Source: Azolla caroliniana (Eukaryota; Plantae; Polypodiophyta). Taken from it: 64,000 bases of DNA. The stretch lies in assembly GCA_043228905.1 (NCBI GenBank), contig JBHGNT010000001.1, positions 10,540,001 to 10,604,000 of the forward strand, in the 5' to 3' direction. This document shows positions 24,949-38,111 of the stretch, in pieces. Numbering within the stretch: the stretch's first letter is position 1; each line of letters begins with the position of its first letter. The translations under genes and the position numbers were made by a program. The notes below the pieces were generated by a model that worked only from the letters and a program-made list of their open reading frames with translations, ran no database searches and had not been told where the DNA came from.

Positions 24949-27623
24949 TTAAGCCTGGGAAGCGACCCCTAGAACTCTCCCATGTCGCTCCATAACTCTA
25001 CGGGTAGCAAGGGCTGCCGCTTCACTTGCTCTAAGACTACCTTCAGCCATAAGAGCTGAAAACTCTGACATAATTTCAGCTTGAATTCGTGCCTTAGCCT
25101 CACCCAATTTATCAGCATTTTTGGGGCTAGCTTTTTCCTCACTCTTTGGCCCATGCAAAGATTTCTCCATCGTCACCAAGCCTGATTTAGGCTCATTTGA
25201 TGAGGTCTCAAGACCCATAACCTTTCGAGTAGCAATGACTGCCGCTTCGCTTGCTCTTATATTGCCATCAGCCATAAGAGATTCAAACTCGGACGTAATT
25301 CCATTTTGTATTCTTGCCCTTGCTTCACCTAATTTATCATCATTCTCTGGTTTAAGATTTTTGTCTTTCGATCCCGGCGATGGGTTGATGGATGAGGACT
25401 GTGTACTGTTTCCCACGTGAGAAGGAGTTGATTGATTTGAATTTTGACCAGGCATTGGAGCTTGCAATCCAGTTGCATGAGGTACCTGAGGTACTCCCCC
25501 ATACCTCAGTGTTGTCTCGAATTGTTGTAACATGGGCACTACCAAGGCACAAAAGAAAACAACGTTAGAGAACACCAAAAAAGGGTCATACCGCATATAG
25601 CTTCGCAACCTCATTATTAACATTTAACAGAGGTGTTAAAAGTTGAAACAAAGCTTCGCGTGCCTAACCCCAAGGATAACAAAGGAAAGGGGGTAGAGAG
25701 ATAGAGAGAGAGATAAAGAAGTCTTTAGACATGACATCATTAATATGATATTTCTTATCATCCGCATGGCAGTTGACCCATGGGACCCTGTGAAAGATTT
25801 AGACATGACAATCATTTACATGATATTTCTTATCATCCACAGGGAAATTGATCCATGGGACTGAAAAGAGTAAAAATATTGACACCACCTCCGAAAAACA
25901 TTATTACGAGTTCAACATTTGTAGGAAGGACTTGAAAGATATACTTACTAATAAGTGCACCCATTGGACTATTCATGATTTCCTCCGGAAGTTTCAATAT
26001 ATAGTTTGGAATACTAATGCCCAGCAAGAATTGGGAGACCTCCTCACTGAAATTATTGCAGTTGTGGTGCAGCAAATTGTAGGTTTGAGCTGTATATCGC
26101 GGGCTAATTTCCTGTAAGTAGTCTTCAAACATTTCTTTTGGAATTTGAGTAAAACCAAGTTCAATTGTTTTATAAGGTCTTCCATAGGGTGTTTGTCCTC
26201 CTGGAGAGCTTTGGATACCACCACCAAAGTAATACTCATTACCATAAACATATATTCCCGTATGCCTATAAAAACAAATAATGGCATTAATAACTGTATC
26301 CTCAACTAGCTTTAACATCCATCCAAATAGATTACTAAACAATACATCATTTTCATTGAAGTCTAAAGACAAAATATGCACAATGCCCATTTATCTCCGT
26401 TGAATAATATAAGGCCACAATACTTGTTCTTACATGCACATTCTCATGCCATAAGATTACAACACAAACACAAATTATATACACACAGATATTCCAAGAA
26501 CCACATATAGGTACAGAAAATAGACAATCACAAGGATGTACATTTAAAATCATGCACATCACTATGACTTTGCACATGAGAATAACTTCAGGATAATTCA
26601 ACAATCATACATACTACTATTGTTTGAAGGCACAACATAGTAGCCATAAGAATGGTAGTCCACCCACCCAATGACTCACTAAAAGGTGGCTGAAACATCT
26701 GGTAGTCAACCTAGCATATGGATGAAACTTATACAAGAAATTGGCAATCACATCCATGCAACATTTCAATTTTGAACATAAGAATGACTTCAGGAAAATT
26801 CACCACTCACACATACTTATTGGCTTGATGTAGCAAAGTAGTAGCCACAATAATGGTACTCCTCCCACCCATTGACTCACTAAAAGGGGGCCAAAACTTC
26901 TGGTAGCTAACCTAGTACATGGATGAGGCTTGTTCGCCAGTTAATAGAAACATACCCCATGCTCTAGAACTTAAAGACTCTTCAACCTTCACTAATCAAT
27001 TGAAACCCATTATGAGCACCTATACGGCTACAGACACATTATAAGACAGCATCTTGCACATGTGCTGATGATGGCACACTATGCTTATTGATTATTCATT
27101 GGATGTTGGCACACTAGACACTGAAGATACAAATCCCGGCTGTTGGCATCTCTGTCATGTTTGCTAAAGCGCTCTGAAAGAAATGCATTCATCTGTGTAA
27201 TCTACACGACCAAAATATATACTGACTCTGCATATAGATTCTTTAATGATGTATGCAGATCGTATGAAAAGAGAAAAACTATCCACAGTACATATGTTGT
27301 AAATGGGGGAGTGCGAAAATTTCAGTGATGCCATATGATAGGTAAACACTCTTTGATGGCTTACCGATATGAAGAAGTAGCATAAATTACATTATTGAGG
27401 AATAAGTATGAAACTAATAGATCTTACCAAATTGCTTCGATTGCTTTCCCAAGAAGACTAGTAGACAATTGCCGAGCAAGTCCTTGACTTAAATCATATA
27501 CATTGAGAACAACTTTGTAGTTTTCCTGAAAAAGATCAGATATTTTTTATCATCAGTATGCATCTAATTAAATGACTTCCGAGAGGAAAAATCACATCTT
27601 CTGAATGATCGTACCTCTGACAT
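24949..27623 (-). CDS. DeSI/PPPDE (DUF862) desumoylating isopeptidase 1-like, 4 coding exons
   Basis: Exons 27623-27615 (MSE), 27525-27428 (ENYKVVLNVYDLSQGLARQLSTSLLGKAIEAIW), 26265-25949 (HTGIYVYGNEYYFGGG...YNLLHHNCNNFSEEV), 25538-24949, all GT-AG. Catalytic His (WHTG) and Cys (NCNNF) intact. A likely 5'-UTR donor (AAG|GTAACC) lies at 28010. Confidence 0.92.
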
Positions 27624-28246
27624 GGCAGAGCGTGTACGTTAACCCTACAAAACCGATAAGAAAATAAAAGAAGAAATAAGGTGAGAATAGATAAGTGAAA
27701 CCCCAAAAAACGAACACAGAGACCCTGGTATTTGGCGTGCTAAACCCTAAAAGAAGAACTGAGAAGACAGCAATCAAAATCCGAAACCAAATGTGAGATG
27801 TATCACATGTGAAATCTTTTTCCATCTCTCTCTCTCTCTCTCTCTCTCTGAAATCATTGGGGAACAGAGAATCATTCCATTCTGTAGTTACATACTTAAC
27901 ATTATGAGAACAGAGAAATCATTGGGGAACAGAGAATCATTCCATTCTATAGTTACATATTAACATCATGAGAAACAAAGATCTTTGCAAGAAATCAAAA
28001 TGAAGGTTACCTTGTGGCAGAAGAAATGTGTGTGTGTGTGTGTGTGTGTGTCTGAGAGAGAGTGGAAGAGATGTTCAACGAGCGTAGGGATCGAGGAGAT
28101 GGAAGAAGAAAACAAGAATCAGAAACGAAAAGGAGAGCAGAGATGGATAGAGACAGACAGACAGAGAGAGCCGAAGGCAAAACAGAAAAACACAGGCAAA
28201 AAAGCAGAGAGAGTAAGATGAAGAAAGAAGTAATGGGGGGTTTGGT

Positions 28247-28613
28247 TTCGAGAACTTGGTGGAAGCTTCTAGAAGGGACCGACCGGGTCTGCTTTTCGTG
28301 GCATGTTTCCCATCCACAACTTCCTTCCCCCGTGGACTTTCCTCCTCGCTTTTCGCCGTCTCCGGAAGCTTCTTCTAGAAAGGGTCGGCCCCTTCCCGTT
28401 CTTCTTCGGACTCCGGAAGCCTCTAGAAGAGCCGCCCGCCCGCCCATCCGTTCCTCGAACAAAACCTCCCCCCGAAAAAAGCGTCTCCGGAAGCTTCTAG
28501 AAGGAGAGTCGGCCTTCCGTTCGTTCCTCGAACAAACCTCCCGGATTCTTCGCCCCTCCCCGTTCTCTTTCGCCTTCTTGCTTTCCCTCTTTGGGAAACT
28601 TCCGGAAGTTCCC
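28247..28613. promoter_or_regulatory. Cluster of heat-shock elements (nGAAn inverted arrays) upstream of the DeSI gene
   Basis: GAAgcTTCtaGAA at 28262-28274 and 28490-28502, GAAacTTCcgGAA at 28595-28607, plus variants near 28247, 28365-28380 and 28416-28430, all in a GC-rich island. Confidence 0.7.
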
Positions 28614-30599
28614 ATTGGGTTGTTTTCGTTTTACTCGTTTTGGACATCTTTTCATCGTCCGAAAACAATTCTCACTAATGAAAATTTTGAGTGAATGTGT
28701 CCGAGAGGATTCGGCCACCGTAATGGGGAGCTCTTATAGTCAGAGGTTCCAAAACCAACGTAGGGAATGTTGACTCTCTTCTCTTCTTTGGTTTTTGAAG
28801 TTCAGAAAAAAAAAGAATGAACCTAAGTCTCTTGTCTTTCTTTATCCCTTTTGGTATTCCAGGTTTACCTAATAATCAAACGTGTGTTACTAAAACACAT
28901 GGTATTAAAGCTCTAATCCCCCTATGATGGAGGGGTCAAACGTAAATAGTTTATGAAGAGTCTACTCTGGAATCTGGATGGTCTTGTGTTAAACCCTTTG
29001 GATTGTGGAAATGTGAATATGTTTGTTTTATCATTGTTCAATATTAATGTATTTCCCCTTTCTGATTAATTAGAGAGCTCGATGTATAAATTTCCTACGC
29101 AACAAGGCTAGATAAAATAGACATGTGTGTCTAATAATGATATATGTGTATATATATATATATATAATATGCATATTAACAAAATGATGGATATTTATAT
29201 AACATTGATATTAGAATCACCTATTGAACACTCACAAAATATTATCAATTGCCAATTGAACCAAATTACAAGAAGGGAGAGGATGCTCTACATAGAATTG
29301 CCATATGACTACCTTCTCTCTAGGTGTCATATTACGAGGGAGGGGGGGTATATAATCTCCTTTTCTCATTATCTAGTTGTGGCAATATTAGTTATGAAGG
29401 AAGTGGACTCTAATGCGCCTGAGTCCACTAGAACCTCTATGGAAGTACACATCTACCAATGAATGGGTAACTCATGGGAAATCTAAGGATCCAGTTCATT
29501 TTATGTAAAAGGCATTTACCGTAGACAAATTCAACGGAGGGCTTAAAGACAAACAATACACAATGTCTCAAGGAGTACGTGTCCACAAACAAGGTATGTG
29601 GTTGAGCTTGGTATACTTCATCACACACGATGTGCGTGATGAGCTTGTTATCACAAAATTCTTGTTTCCAACTCTACTTCATTTGGTTATGTATTAATCA
29701 ATTATAAGACGTTCCCTTAAAAGTAAATAATTTGCACTAATATCAACATTGAGAAGCATCATTGGATGGAATACTTCTTATCGTCAAATCTGTAGGATTG
29801 TACCACAAGAAAACCTCATTTCACATATCAAGTATTAATATTCTAATCTTATAATCAATATATATGTCAAGTGTATTCATCAATATCTATTTTTGTACAT
29901 TTAGCATTGTTGGTCATAATAATGAGTTATCAACAATTCAATGTAATTAGTCTACACATTAAGTTTGGCAGTCCAACAAAAGCACCACCATGTCTAGTTT
30001 TCCTTAGTTCTAAAAGTTTGGAACTAGTTTATCACAAATGTTGAAGGAGTTAAGCCTAGTTGATGAAAGGTTACAAACATATATTGTCAAGGGCTCAAGC
30101 CAAAAATATACTTGATCGATCAAGGAAACTAAGAAAAAATGTTTTTATGATTGATGGAAAGAGAAGAACAAGTGTTGCAAGATTAAGCCAAAGGCTAGAG
30201 CTGAGTCAAAATGATTTGACGCGCTTATCAATTCTCTCTAAATATAATATCCTTGAACTTATGTGTGATTACCACTGGCATCATACATGTTCATTACCTA
30301 CACATTCACCATTTAGCTATTATGCATAACTATAATATGAAGTAAAGATATTGAAACCTACAATACTACATATGAATAATGTCAAAGCATCTTAGACCAA
30401 AAACATACATCGCGAGTGTGAACATAATCTTCAACAAGCTTGCAAAACTAGGCCCACCAATCATTCTACGTAACTAGCTCTAGAGTATTGTGGATTTTGA
30501 AAGTGTTTATTCATTGATATGTCATGAATCATGATAATATCCTAAGTCTGGAAGTAGGAGTCGACAACAACTCCACTCAAGCCTAAATCGAGTCGTTTA

Positions 30600-30790
30600 C
30601 CCATTAGTAAACGGTTTGGTGGTTCAGTTTAGCTCGGTTCAAGCTTGAGCTTCCTTGGCTTGGTTTGGTTCGGCTTGAGCATTACCAAATTGGTTTGGCT
30701 AAACCCAATTAAGGCTTAATCGGTTTGTCCTAACCGGTTTAAAGACCGGTTCGGGTTTGAAACTCCCAAACCGATTAAGCCAAAACCATA
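30600..30790. mobile_element. Degenerate AACCG/CGGTT-rich non-autonomous DNA transposon (hAT-like subterminal) relic
   Basis: Dense cggtt/ggttc/aaccg motifs similar to the subterminal repeats of the MITEs at 47.4-48.4 kb. No clear TIR or TSD. Confidence 0.35.
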
Positions 30791-31309
30791 ATTGTCATCG
30801 ATTCTTGGAAAGAAGGGCATCAAGAAAATACCAAAAAGGAGGTTTAAGAAAACAACTCATCATGCCTAACAAATTTATCATAATCCTTAAGATTATTCTT
30901 AGATCTTGAGCAAAGAGCATAATCTTGAATTATATGTCTTGAGACAAAGTAATCATTAGTCATAAATGATCATGGCTCATGGCCTAAGAGAAACTTGCTT
31001 ATTATGATCAAAAGTTTACGCACCTCATCCATGTGTCAAATAGGAGCATCAAAATAGCACATTTGCACGAACTGTTGATATTCGTTCAGGAAATTGAAAC
31101 ACCTTAAAAGTTACACCTAACAAGCTCATCTTCAACGCCTTGGTTGCTTTGGAAGCCCATGAAAATGAATGATTTCTTGTGTAAGTTGCATGAAAGACAA
31201 CACATTCCTGTAGTAATTTTTGATGAACTTGTAGAAATTTGAATCCTAGCAAATATTGCACATACTACACTAAAGATGGTGTGTGCTAGTCTAGAACCAT
31301 TCAAACCTT

Positions 31310-31575
31310 CAACAAATTCCACTTGGTTTCGGACAAAACGACATTTCTCTAGTTTGATATAGAGGCTATATCCCCACAAACTATGTAGACTTCCACAAAC
31401 ATGGATATCATGCTTCTCTTGAGTTTTCAAATAGATCAAGATGTTCTGAATGTAACCTTTGGTGAAGATATCAAGGAAATCATAAAATTATCATTTACAA
31501 TATTTTGAAAATGATTGGCGCATTGGTATGACCAAAAGGTACAATTATGCACTAGAAATAAGGAGTGCAGCCCAA
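31310..31575 (-). mobile_element. Ty3/Gypsy reverse transcriptase relic
   Basis: Minus-strand peptides VPFGHTNAPIIFK (cf. MPFGLTNAPATFQ) and ILIYLKTQEKHDIHV...LYIKLEKCRF...VEF. Frameshifted. Confidence 0.7.
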
Positions 31576-31839
31576 ATGAACCCAAACACATTTTTTATGC
31601 ACCTTAGTTTTATGATGTATTTGGGCCCATTAAGACACAAAAGACTTGTGGTCGTTTTTAGAGCATGTCTATTTTGAATGGTGAGCCTATTCAATCTTTG
31701 AAAAACCACAACCAAACTTTAGAGGACCAATTTTCTTCTTAATGAAAATAATGGGTGGCTAAGGTGAACATGCGAACCCAAGAGGACTTACTTCTAATAG
31801 TAAAAAACAAGCTTTCCTTAACAAGATGCCATATTGAAG

Positions 31840-32400
31840 CATCAATATCAATAATCTACTTTTGCTTGTTGCATCCTTGGGTAATATATGATTGGAAATT
31901 GTCCCAAAAATTGTACCCAAGGAGCTTGTTATTGATTCAAGACTCGAGAATTCTAAATATATGTAAGATTCTTGGTATTATTGTAAACAATGATCTAGTG
32001 GGGAGAACCTTGCCAGAGGTAATGCGACTACAAAAAGAATCCAAAATGGCCAGAAGCTTTGTTATGAATCTCCTAATTTATTTTTATAACTTCAAACTTT
32101 TGTGAATGAAATGCAACTAGATGTAGCTATCGGCCACTATTTCTAATCCATGACAATGTGTGAAAATCCAACGCATTAGCTTCAACGATGAAGAGCTTAG
32201 CTAGGTCACTATGAACCAAAATGGGGGTAAATAAAAATGCAAACTTTTAATATTTCAAAAACCTTGTTTGGCTTTACCTAAAGTTTATGTAAATGGTTGG
32301 TTCTTTTATCTAAGTTGTGTAAGAGGTAACACAATCTTGAAATAATTCTTGAGGAACTTGGGGTAAAAAATTGTAAATCCTAAGAACATTTCACATTGTT
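31840..32400 (-). mobile_element. Ty3/Gypsy RT-RNase H relic
   Basis: Minus-strand PILVHSDLAKLFIVEANALDF matches the PIL.HPD..KPF.VE.DASDF motif. Decayed; boundaries approximate. Confidence 0.6.
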
Positions 32401-32709
32401 AAATACAAAGAGATACTCTTTGGTGTCATGTTGCCAATGGTACACAGTGTGAAACCTCCTCCAGACCAAGTATATATCCAAGAAAATTGCACATTACATG
32501 CATACCACAATATTTTCTAGTCTAAAACCATTTGAACCTTTGTTGAATCCATAGAGATACCATATGGTGCGATGTTGCCAATGGCACACAATGTGAAATC
32601 AATTCTAAACAAAAATGGAGGTAGATGTAAATGCTCACTTTTAAGATTTCCAAATATTTGGCTTTAATTTTTTTAAATTTAAGATTTCCAAATATTTCGT
32701 AACAATCAA

Positions 32710-33094
32710 TGTCGGTTGCCTATTCTCATGGGGATCAACAATGTGGGGAGTGTTACATTCCAGCTTGATGTTGTATGAGGTAATGACAGTACATAATAGA
32801 ATATTGATATTAGTTAGTCCCTTTCGGCAACCTCAAAAGGCGTGATCTGTCCAAATTTGGAAAATAGTGACCACAATAATGTTATGGACACTATGGAAAT
32901 GTCGATGTAATCGACTTTATGATGCAGCAGATATTCATCTCTTAGATGTGTTGCTTGAGATATGGGAGAACTTGTTGGTAGTAGTCCGTGGCCAGTATGA
33001 TGATATGCATAGTTGCCTAGAGATTGTGAACAAGAAAAGAAAAAAGCTTCTTCACTTATGGAAAAAGGTGCGCATGTTTACAATGTCAACTTAA
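32710..33094 (+). mobile_element. Non-LTR (L1-like) retrotransposon ORF2 C-terminal relic
   Basis: IMLWTLWKCRCNRLY...LLEIWENL resembles the LW.IWK.RN..IF motif at the end of plant L1 ORF2. Confidence 0.5.
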
Positions 33095-35942
33095 GAGCCT
33101 CAAAGGCACTATCGATTTCCATGAACTCTTTCTTGAATATCAACAAATTCCAACACCTTCTTCAAAGTTCGATATTTGGTTTTAGGATTATTTTTCATCA
33201 TTGTACATTAAAAGTTGTAACCTTCTGGGCAGATAGGTTCAAGTTGTAGCCTTCGGGCGTTTTTTCTTAATACTATTGAAGAAAATCTTAATGAATATAA
33301 ATTAATAAACTATTTGAATCTTTATTGGATCCATTGATATACCCTCTAGTGTCATGTTGCCAATAACACACAATGTGAAACACACCTCCGAACCTCACAA
33401 GACAATATGAGATTTGAATTAGTCTCCTACAAAAGGTTTTTTGTAAAAAGACAACCTCTGGTTTGTGTGGGGACAATCTCATTTTACTTTACTTTCTTAT
33501 GTTTGTAACAATTTCTAAGTGTCATTCTCTACTCCTTTTAGAATATGTTATTCACAAAGGGAATGACTGATAAGTACTATCATCCGTCTCAATAGATTGA
33601 CGTTGTAAAAAAACTCATTCATCGAGGAACTTATTTAGACATCATGAAGTAAGTGTAATGCAATTACGCGTCCTATCTTCCAAACTTTTCCATTACATGT
33701 GTATCCATTCTAAAACTCAAAATTTTGCTTTTTTTTTTTTTATGTCTTGTTTGAATTTTTTTACTTCATTCCCATACGGTTCTAGAAAGTCAATGAGATG
33801 ATGTTTTTATAATTTTTTAATTTGTAATATCTAAACCTATTCCATGCCCATGATCTTGATGGGATCTGATCCTATCTCATGGAATAGGAATTGTATTGCA
33901 TTTGTATAACAAAACACTTATTGGACATTCAGTGAAACTCTTTCTTAGTGAACTTAGAGGTCCTATCTCTCCTTATTTCATATTCCATATGGAAGCATTA
34001 GTGTTAGTAACATATGGCATGGTGTAAATTGAAAATTTTGATTTATCCTCCATTGTATATATTCTCAAAGTGATGAGAAGCACATTCATTTGATCAATGG
34101 TTTGATAGAACCTCAAGCCCAACTAATTTTAAGCATTCTTCTATTTCAAATGACTCAATATTGTATCAATTGCATATGTTCTTTATTCAAATTCTCACAA
34201 GCATAATTTTTGGTTTGCGAATATTGAAGCAAAATTTACCATGTAGGGAAAAAACTCTAATGTTTAAAGTTTTTGTGCCTCTTCTAAAGTAATTGGTAAA
34301 AGCACCACATCATTAATGTTTGACAAAAGCATGATCATTGCATTCCTTATAGTAACTTTTTTGTCCTCTTGTTGTTAAACTCATCAACCATTTGTTCCAA
34401 TATAGCATTGAATTTGAAGACATTTATTGAGCTCGCTTACGAGTTACCACCAATACTATTAAAAAATGAGAGACAAATGGGAGCTATGTTGATTATCCAT
34501 GGAGTACAAGAACATGTACATGAGCTTGAAGGAATTTTGAATTGTGGACGCTACCTTAAAGGTCAAATAAAAGAGTAGATACTAAAATCACAAATAAAAA
34601 ATTCTCCCTTTCGTGTTACGAAAACAATCATAAAAAGATGAAAGCTAGGTTTGTTCTTTACACTAAGAAGCTAGGGCAACATCTTTTTCCACCTAATCAT
34701 TTGGCTATATTCCCCCCTTAAGTTCATGGCTTATTTCTTGAGGTAAACTCAATTGGAGTAGTAGAAATACAACAAAATTGTTGCCACATATTGATGCAAC
34801 CGTCATCCATAATTGAATCATACATACACCAAGTGCCACCATGCACCTCGAAGAAGAAAATCAAGGGCTCGAATTAACCATGCTTTAAATTTGTGCACCA
34901 AGCATGAGAAGACACTCGTGCACTCTTGAAGTTGAAACATTCAAAATAATATATTAAAAAGTTGTAATCTAAATAAGAGCCTAAACCTGAACCTTTTCAA
35001 AGCTTCATCCTTTGAAAGACTACATTGTTTAAATAAAGCTAGAGGTTCTTTAATTCCTAAAAATGTTTCAAGCTGTGATGTTAACACTCAATGGTAAATG
35101 CTAGCAAACAAAATTGAAGATAAGGATGTTGCTTCTCATGAATTAACATAACTTTCCACCGACATTGGCGATCAAAATTAGATGTTGAAGCTTTTCATCT
35201 TAATAGGCATCTATATATCCTCTCTCCTTTCTAACATGAAAGGACTCCTACCGATGAGAGTATGAATTAAAATTTTCTAAATTAGATCCTTATTGACATA
35301 CGACATTCATTGATTAAATCGGTGAGACTTCGAGTTATCATAAATGAAGAACTGTAGGAAAAATGTCATGTTGTCAATGAATACTAAGAAAATAATAGAA
35401 TTCCCTATTTTCAATATAAAAAAGAAATTCAGAGAATTGTATGCTAAATAAAAAGAGAGGCAGCACACGTAGAAAAAGGGATAATATGGTGTATATAACT
35501 CTTGCAACAGTTGTAAGTATACTCTATTGTTTTCTGAATCGATAGAGCTTTTTCTGAAGCATATATTTCTCTCCTAAAACACAAGTTACAGTCTAGACTC
35601 TATATATCTAATGTCATTTGTTTTGGTTGGAAGTAGCTGGAAAAATGGCATTAGATATAAGCACTAGAGCAATTGATGAAAATGACTATTGAACAATACC
35701 CAAAAACCAAGTTATGATTTTATTAACACTTGACGATTGCTGCACGAAACTATGAAGCAAGAAAAAGCCATTCAAGGTGTTCCGCGCACACACGCAAAAC
35801 TAAAAACAATGTCTTTTTCATACTATAAGTTTAGTTCAGAAAGCTGTTTTGTTGAGCTGTAAAGCATGAAGCCTTTATTGCAATGGCATTTAATGTGTAA
35901 AAAGAAGACACCCACATTGATAGCAATTCAAGCTCAAAATCA

Positions 35943-36103
35943 ATAACTACCATTAACATGGTTGATGGAGCATAAGACCATAACACCATTATAACTCCTT
36001 ACAATGTTTTGGAATTGAATCTTATAACTACCATTAACATGGTCGATGGAACATAAGAGCATACACCATTATAACTCCTTAAATGTTTTTGAATTGAATC
36101 TTA
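35943..36103. repeat. About 80-bp tandem duplication downstream of CRAL-TRIO copy A
   Basis: ataactaccattaacatgg...ccattataactcctta...gaattgaatctta occurs twice head to tail. Confidence 0.85.
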
Positions 36104-36368
36104 CTCCATGGCATCGCTTGCACTTGGTATTTCAATACAACATTGACATGTGGCTTTGGATTTAGCGAATCTGGATGATTGATGTTAATCAGCATCAAGT
36201 ATTAAGCTCAAGGATGAGGACAATACTCATGTTTTAATTTGTTGCCCATATTCTTCACATGTGTATTGCCAATATTATTGCGATTTAAGGTTATATGTTC
36301 TCATTAATGCTCGACCTCAATTGTGTCATGTGATCTGAATTCAATCTTCGAAAACTCTTTGCTATGAA

Positions 36369-38111
36369 TCACGTGATGGGTTTCAGAGGTAGTTCTCCTC
36401 CAAAAATATCAGGGAGTTGTGATTCATCTATGTCCTTCAATAGGGTGGATTTGAGATGTTTATCATCAACAAATACAATCTGAAACAAAAACAAACACAT
36501 AAATAATAGGCAGATTCACATGAACATCCCTGCAAGCTTGCCTCAATATTCCAAAAATTAAGCAGATTGATGAATGGTCCTTTAAAACTAGAAATAATAA
36601 TGGACATAAACCATTTTTGTTTTAAGATAAAAACTTACCTTCTCTTTTACAACTGGATCAATGAACGGGTATACCATCTTATATACTCCCATAAACAAGG
36701 AAGGCACATGAACAAGAAAGAATTTGCCAAGACGCTCCGGATAATGGTCCTAAATATTTCTATCTAACATAAGTAGAGCATATGACAGGGTGCAACTGCA
36801 AAATTCAAATCAATAAAATACAGCATGTAATTGATTTCTCCACTTATCATACCTGCATTATCTCAAGCACAGAAAGATAACCCTTTAAATCAATATTCCG
36901 ATAGGTCCAGCCCTTCAAATCGGCTATTATCACAAACTTTTCTTCACCTACTGGTAGGCTGAACATACAATGTAAGATCAAGCTAAATTTGCATTGAGAT
37001 AGTTTTTTTTTGAGCAACCTTACACAATGTTATTTGCATTAGGTATAGAATGAATAAATCTATGAATGATCCAAGCAAAAGGATGAAAATGTTGTTTGCT
37101 CAAGAAATCTTTTTTAACCACATACCTTGACACAGCTTTCTCGAACCCATAGACAACATACCCTGGGGAAGTGCACAATTTGTCTTATACACCCAAAATT
37201 AACATACCTAATAAATTTAAATACCATTGCATTCTGGATTGGCACAGTGAAAAAAACATTTAAAAACTTACTCTTGAATTCCTCAAGATCGCGCTCTGAA
37301 CTACGATGCTTACTTGCTAGGATCACACCAATAGGGCGGCCTCTCTTATCTACACCTTGAAGGAATATCTTCCCTTTTTTCAACTCATTTTGGACCTCCG
37401 ATGAACGAATGAACCCCTCTGGCATGAATTCACGCTTCCATTTGAGATGGCAAAGTAAGAATTTGTAAGCTTTCTCAACATTTAAAGACCGTGCACGGAG
37501 GAATCGACGTAATGTTGCATCATCACTGTCCTGAGGACATGACAAGGCTCCAAGTACTCAGATATTGTGAGTCAATGTTGCAATCAAACTGATTCTATAT
37601 GGACTTCAATCAGAGCCAAAAATGTGTCCTTCATACCAGAACAAAAAATGAGCGTGTGTGTGTGTGTATTATCAAAGCCAAATACATTAGTGAGGATTTA
37701 CAAGCTATTAGAGAAAAACAATGAGTAGACACATGCTTCCATCATGACAAGATGTAAATAAAACCACATTTCAGAATCACATGTTCTAAACAAAACCACA
37801 TTTTACCATCAAACAATGTAAACAAAACCAGAGCATCATATAATCCAAACATACCACGACACCTCGCAATATGATCTAACCAAATCAACATTCCCAATAA
37901 TATGATCTAACACATTACCATATATCTTCTTCCTACTCAATTACACATAATATAGACATCCAATCTTCTCTACGCATACAACTTCATGAAGTACCTGATC
38001 ATTTGACGCTATACATTGGTTGGTTTGAAGAAGAGATCGAAGGGAACGAATCAAGGATACTTCTAATTCTTCAACATCAGTACAAATACGCTGTGTCTCA
38101 TGCTGTGCCAT
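36369..38111 (-). CDS. Sec14/CRAL-TRIO lipid-binding domain protein, copy A, 6 exons
   Basis: Exons 38111-37995, 37530-37272, 37162-37126, 36958-36853, 36749-36639, 36479-36369, all GT-AG and in frame. Motifs DDATLRRFLRARSLNVEKA, GVDKRGRPI, DLKGW, QDHYPERLGK, PFIDP, QLPDIFGG. Confidence 0.92.

Noticed and set aside
27064-27125. TGATGA...CTGA segment in DeSI intron 2 resembling a C/D snoRNA
   Set aside because: Antisense to the host gene, non-canonical box C, no terminal stem, and only an interrupted match to 18S rRNA.
28007-28773. Overlapping 200-aa ORFs on both strands
   Set aside because: Stop-poor GC-rich promoter repeats with no domain signature; better explained as the HSE array and 5' leader.
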